A stretch of 64,000 nt of DNA from Batkoa obscura. Lineage: Eukaryota. Under the pieces are notes generated by a model, which ran no database searches, was not told where the DNA came from, and saw only the letters and a list, made by a program, of their open reading frames with translations. Of this stretch, positions 63,490 through 64,000 are shown piece after piece (the stretch's first letter is position 1; every line of letters starts with the position of its first letter). The stretch lies in assembly GCA_030770535.1 (NCBI GenBank), contig JASVEC010000026.1, forward strand, positions 620,001-684,000, given 5' to 3'. The translations under genes were made by a program, and so were the position numbers.

Positions 63490-63594
63490 ATGAGAATGTT
63501 TTTTTTGGTTTCATTACTTTTTCCATTTTTTAAGCGCTATTTGAGCGGAAAGATTGTTAGTAAAATTCTTAAACATAAAAATACATCTTCATAT
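63488..63594 (+). mobile_element. MITE family A copy at the 5' truncation point of the NAT pseudogene
   Basis: Both TIRs and core, ATAT flanks. Confidence 0.88.
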
Positions 63595-64000
63595 ACTCTT
63601 TCTTTTGTTGGTATATATTTAACAACAGAGAGATTTAATAGATCAATTTAATCAGTCCTTGCTTTTATATTCCTTCAACACTTAATGATTTTTTATTCAC
63701 AAATATAACCATAGCATATTTTAATCGTAAATATATATATTCTTACCTGTTTATTCAGAATACTGATATTAGGAATTTGTTTAATTAGGCCGTGTATTTC
63801 AACAGAAATCAATATTAAAGATACCTAGTTTTAAAAAGAAGAATTATCAATTTTTACGATCGATGTCCTTCAAGGGATAAACTCGATTTTTCCATTCACA
63901 ACAATGATACAATCTAAAGTATTGTTGCTAAGTTTAGCCAATAAGCCGCTAAGTAGCTTATAAGAATATCCTTGTAACTATAGTTTTAACAAACTTTGTA

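Noticed and set aside
846..63594. Recurrent ~107-bp repeat read as a CRISPR-like array or SINE
   Set aside because: Copies are dispersed at irregular spacing in both orientations with terminal inverted repeats; no regular spacers, cas-like ORFs, Pol III A/B boxes or tail

Overview
Very AT-rich eukaryotic DNA with short (~45-70 nt) GT-AG introns. Gene content (Zn2Cys6 TF, GH17, MATA-type HMG box) indicates a fungus; an early-diverging, Conidiobolus-like lineage is my inference only. About 20 protein-coding genes: DDT/WHIM-PHD chromatin protein, a ~2100-aa Asn-rich protein with C1-like Cys clusters, mitochondrial-type Lys-tRNA synthetase, class I fructose-bisphosphate aldolase, two GH17s, a PH protein, a degenerate voltage-sensor protein, HMG and Zn2Cys6 TFs, a C8orf82-like protein, glycogen phosphorylase, arylamine NAT, RanBPM/Gid1, a THUMP methyltransferase, PP2C and two identical inverted NmrA-like genes. 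Also one tRNA-Asp(GTC) and a NAT pseudogene fragment. The dominant non-coding signal is a ~99-bp foldback MITE (GGGG...CCCC ends, flanked by ATAT) present about 20 times, including palindromic double-right-end derivatives and copies with heavy C>T/G>A decay. Several other foldbacks occur. The NmrA pair forms a ~3.1-kb palindrome whose identity runs from about the TATA box to the polyA signal. All three local gene duplications are inverted. All alignments were made by eye, so exon and repeat edges are approximate.
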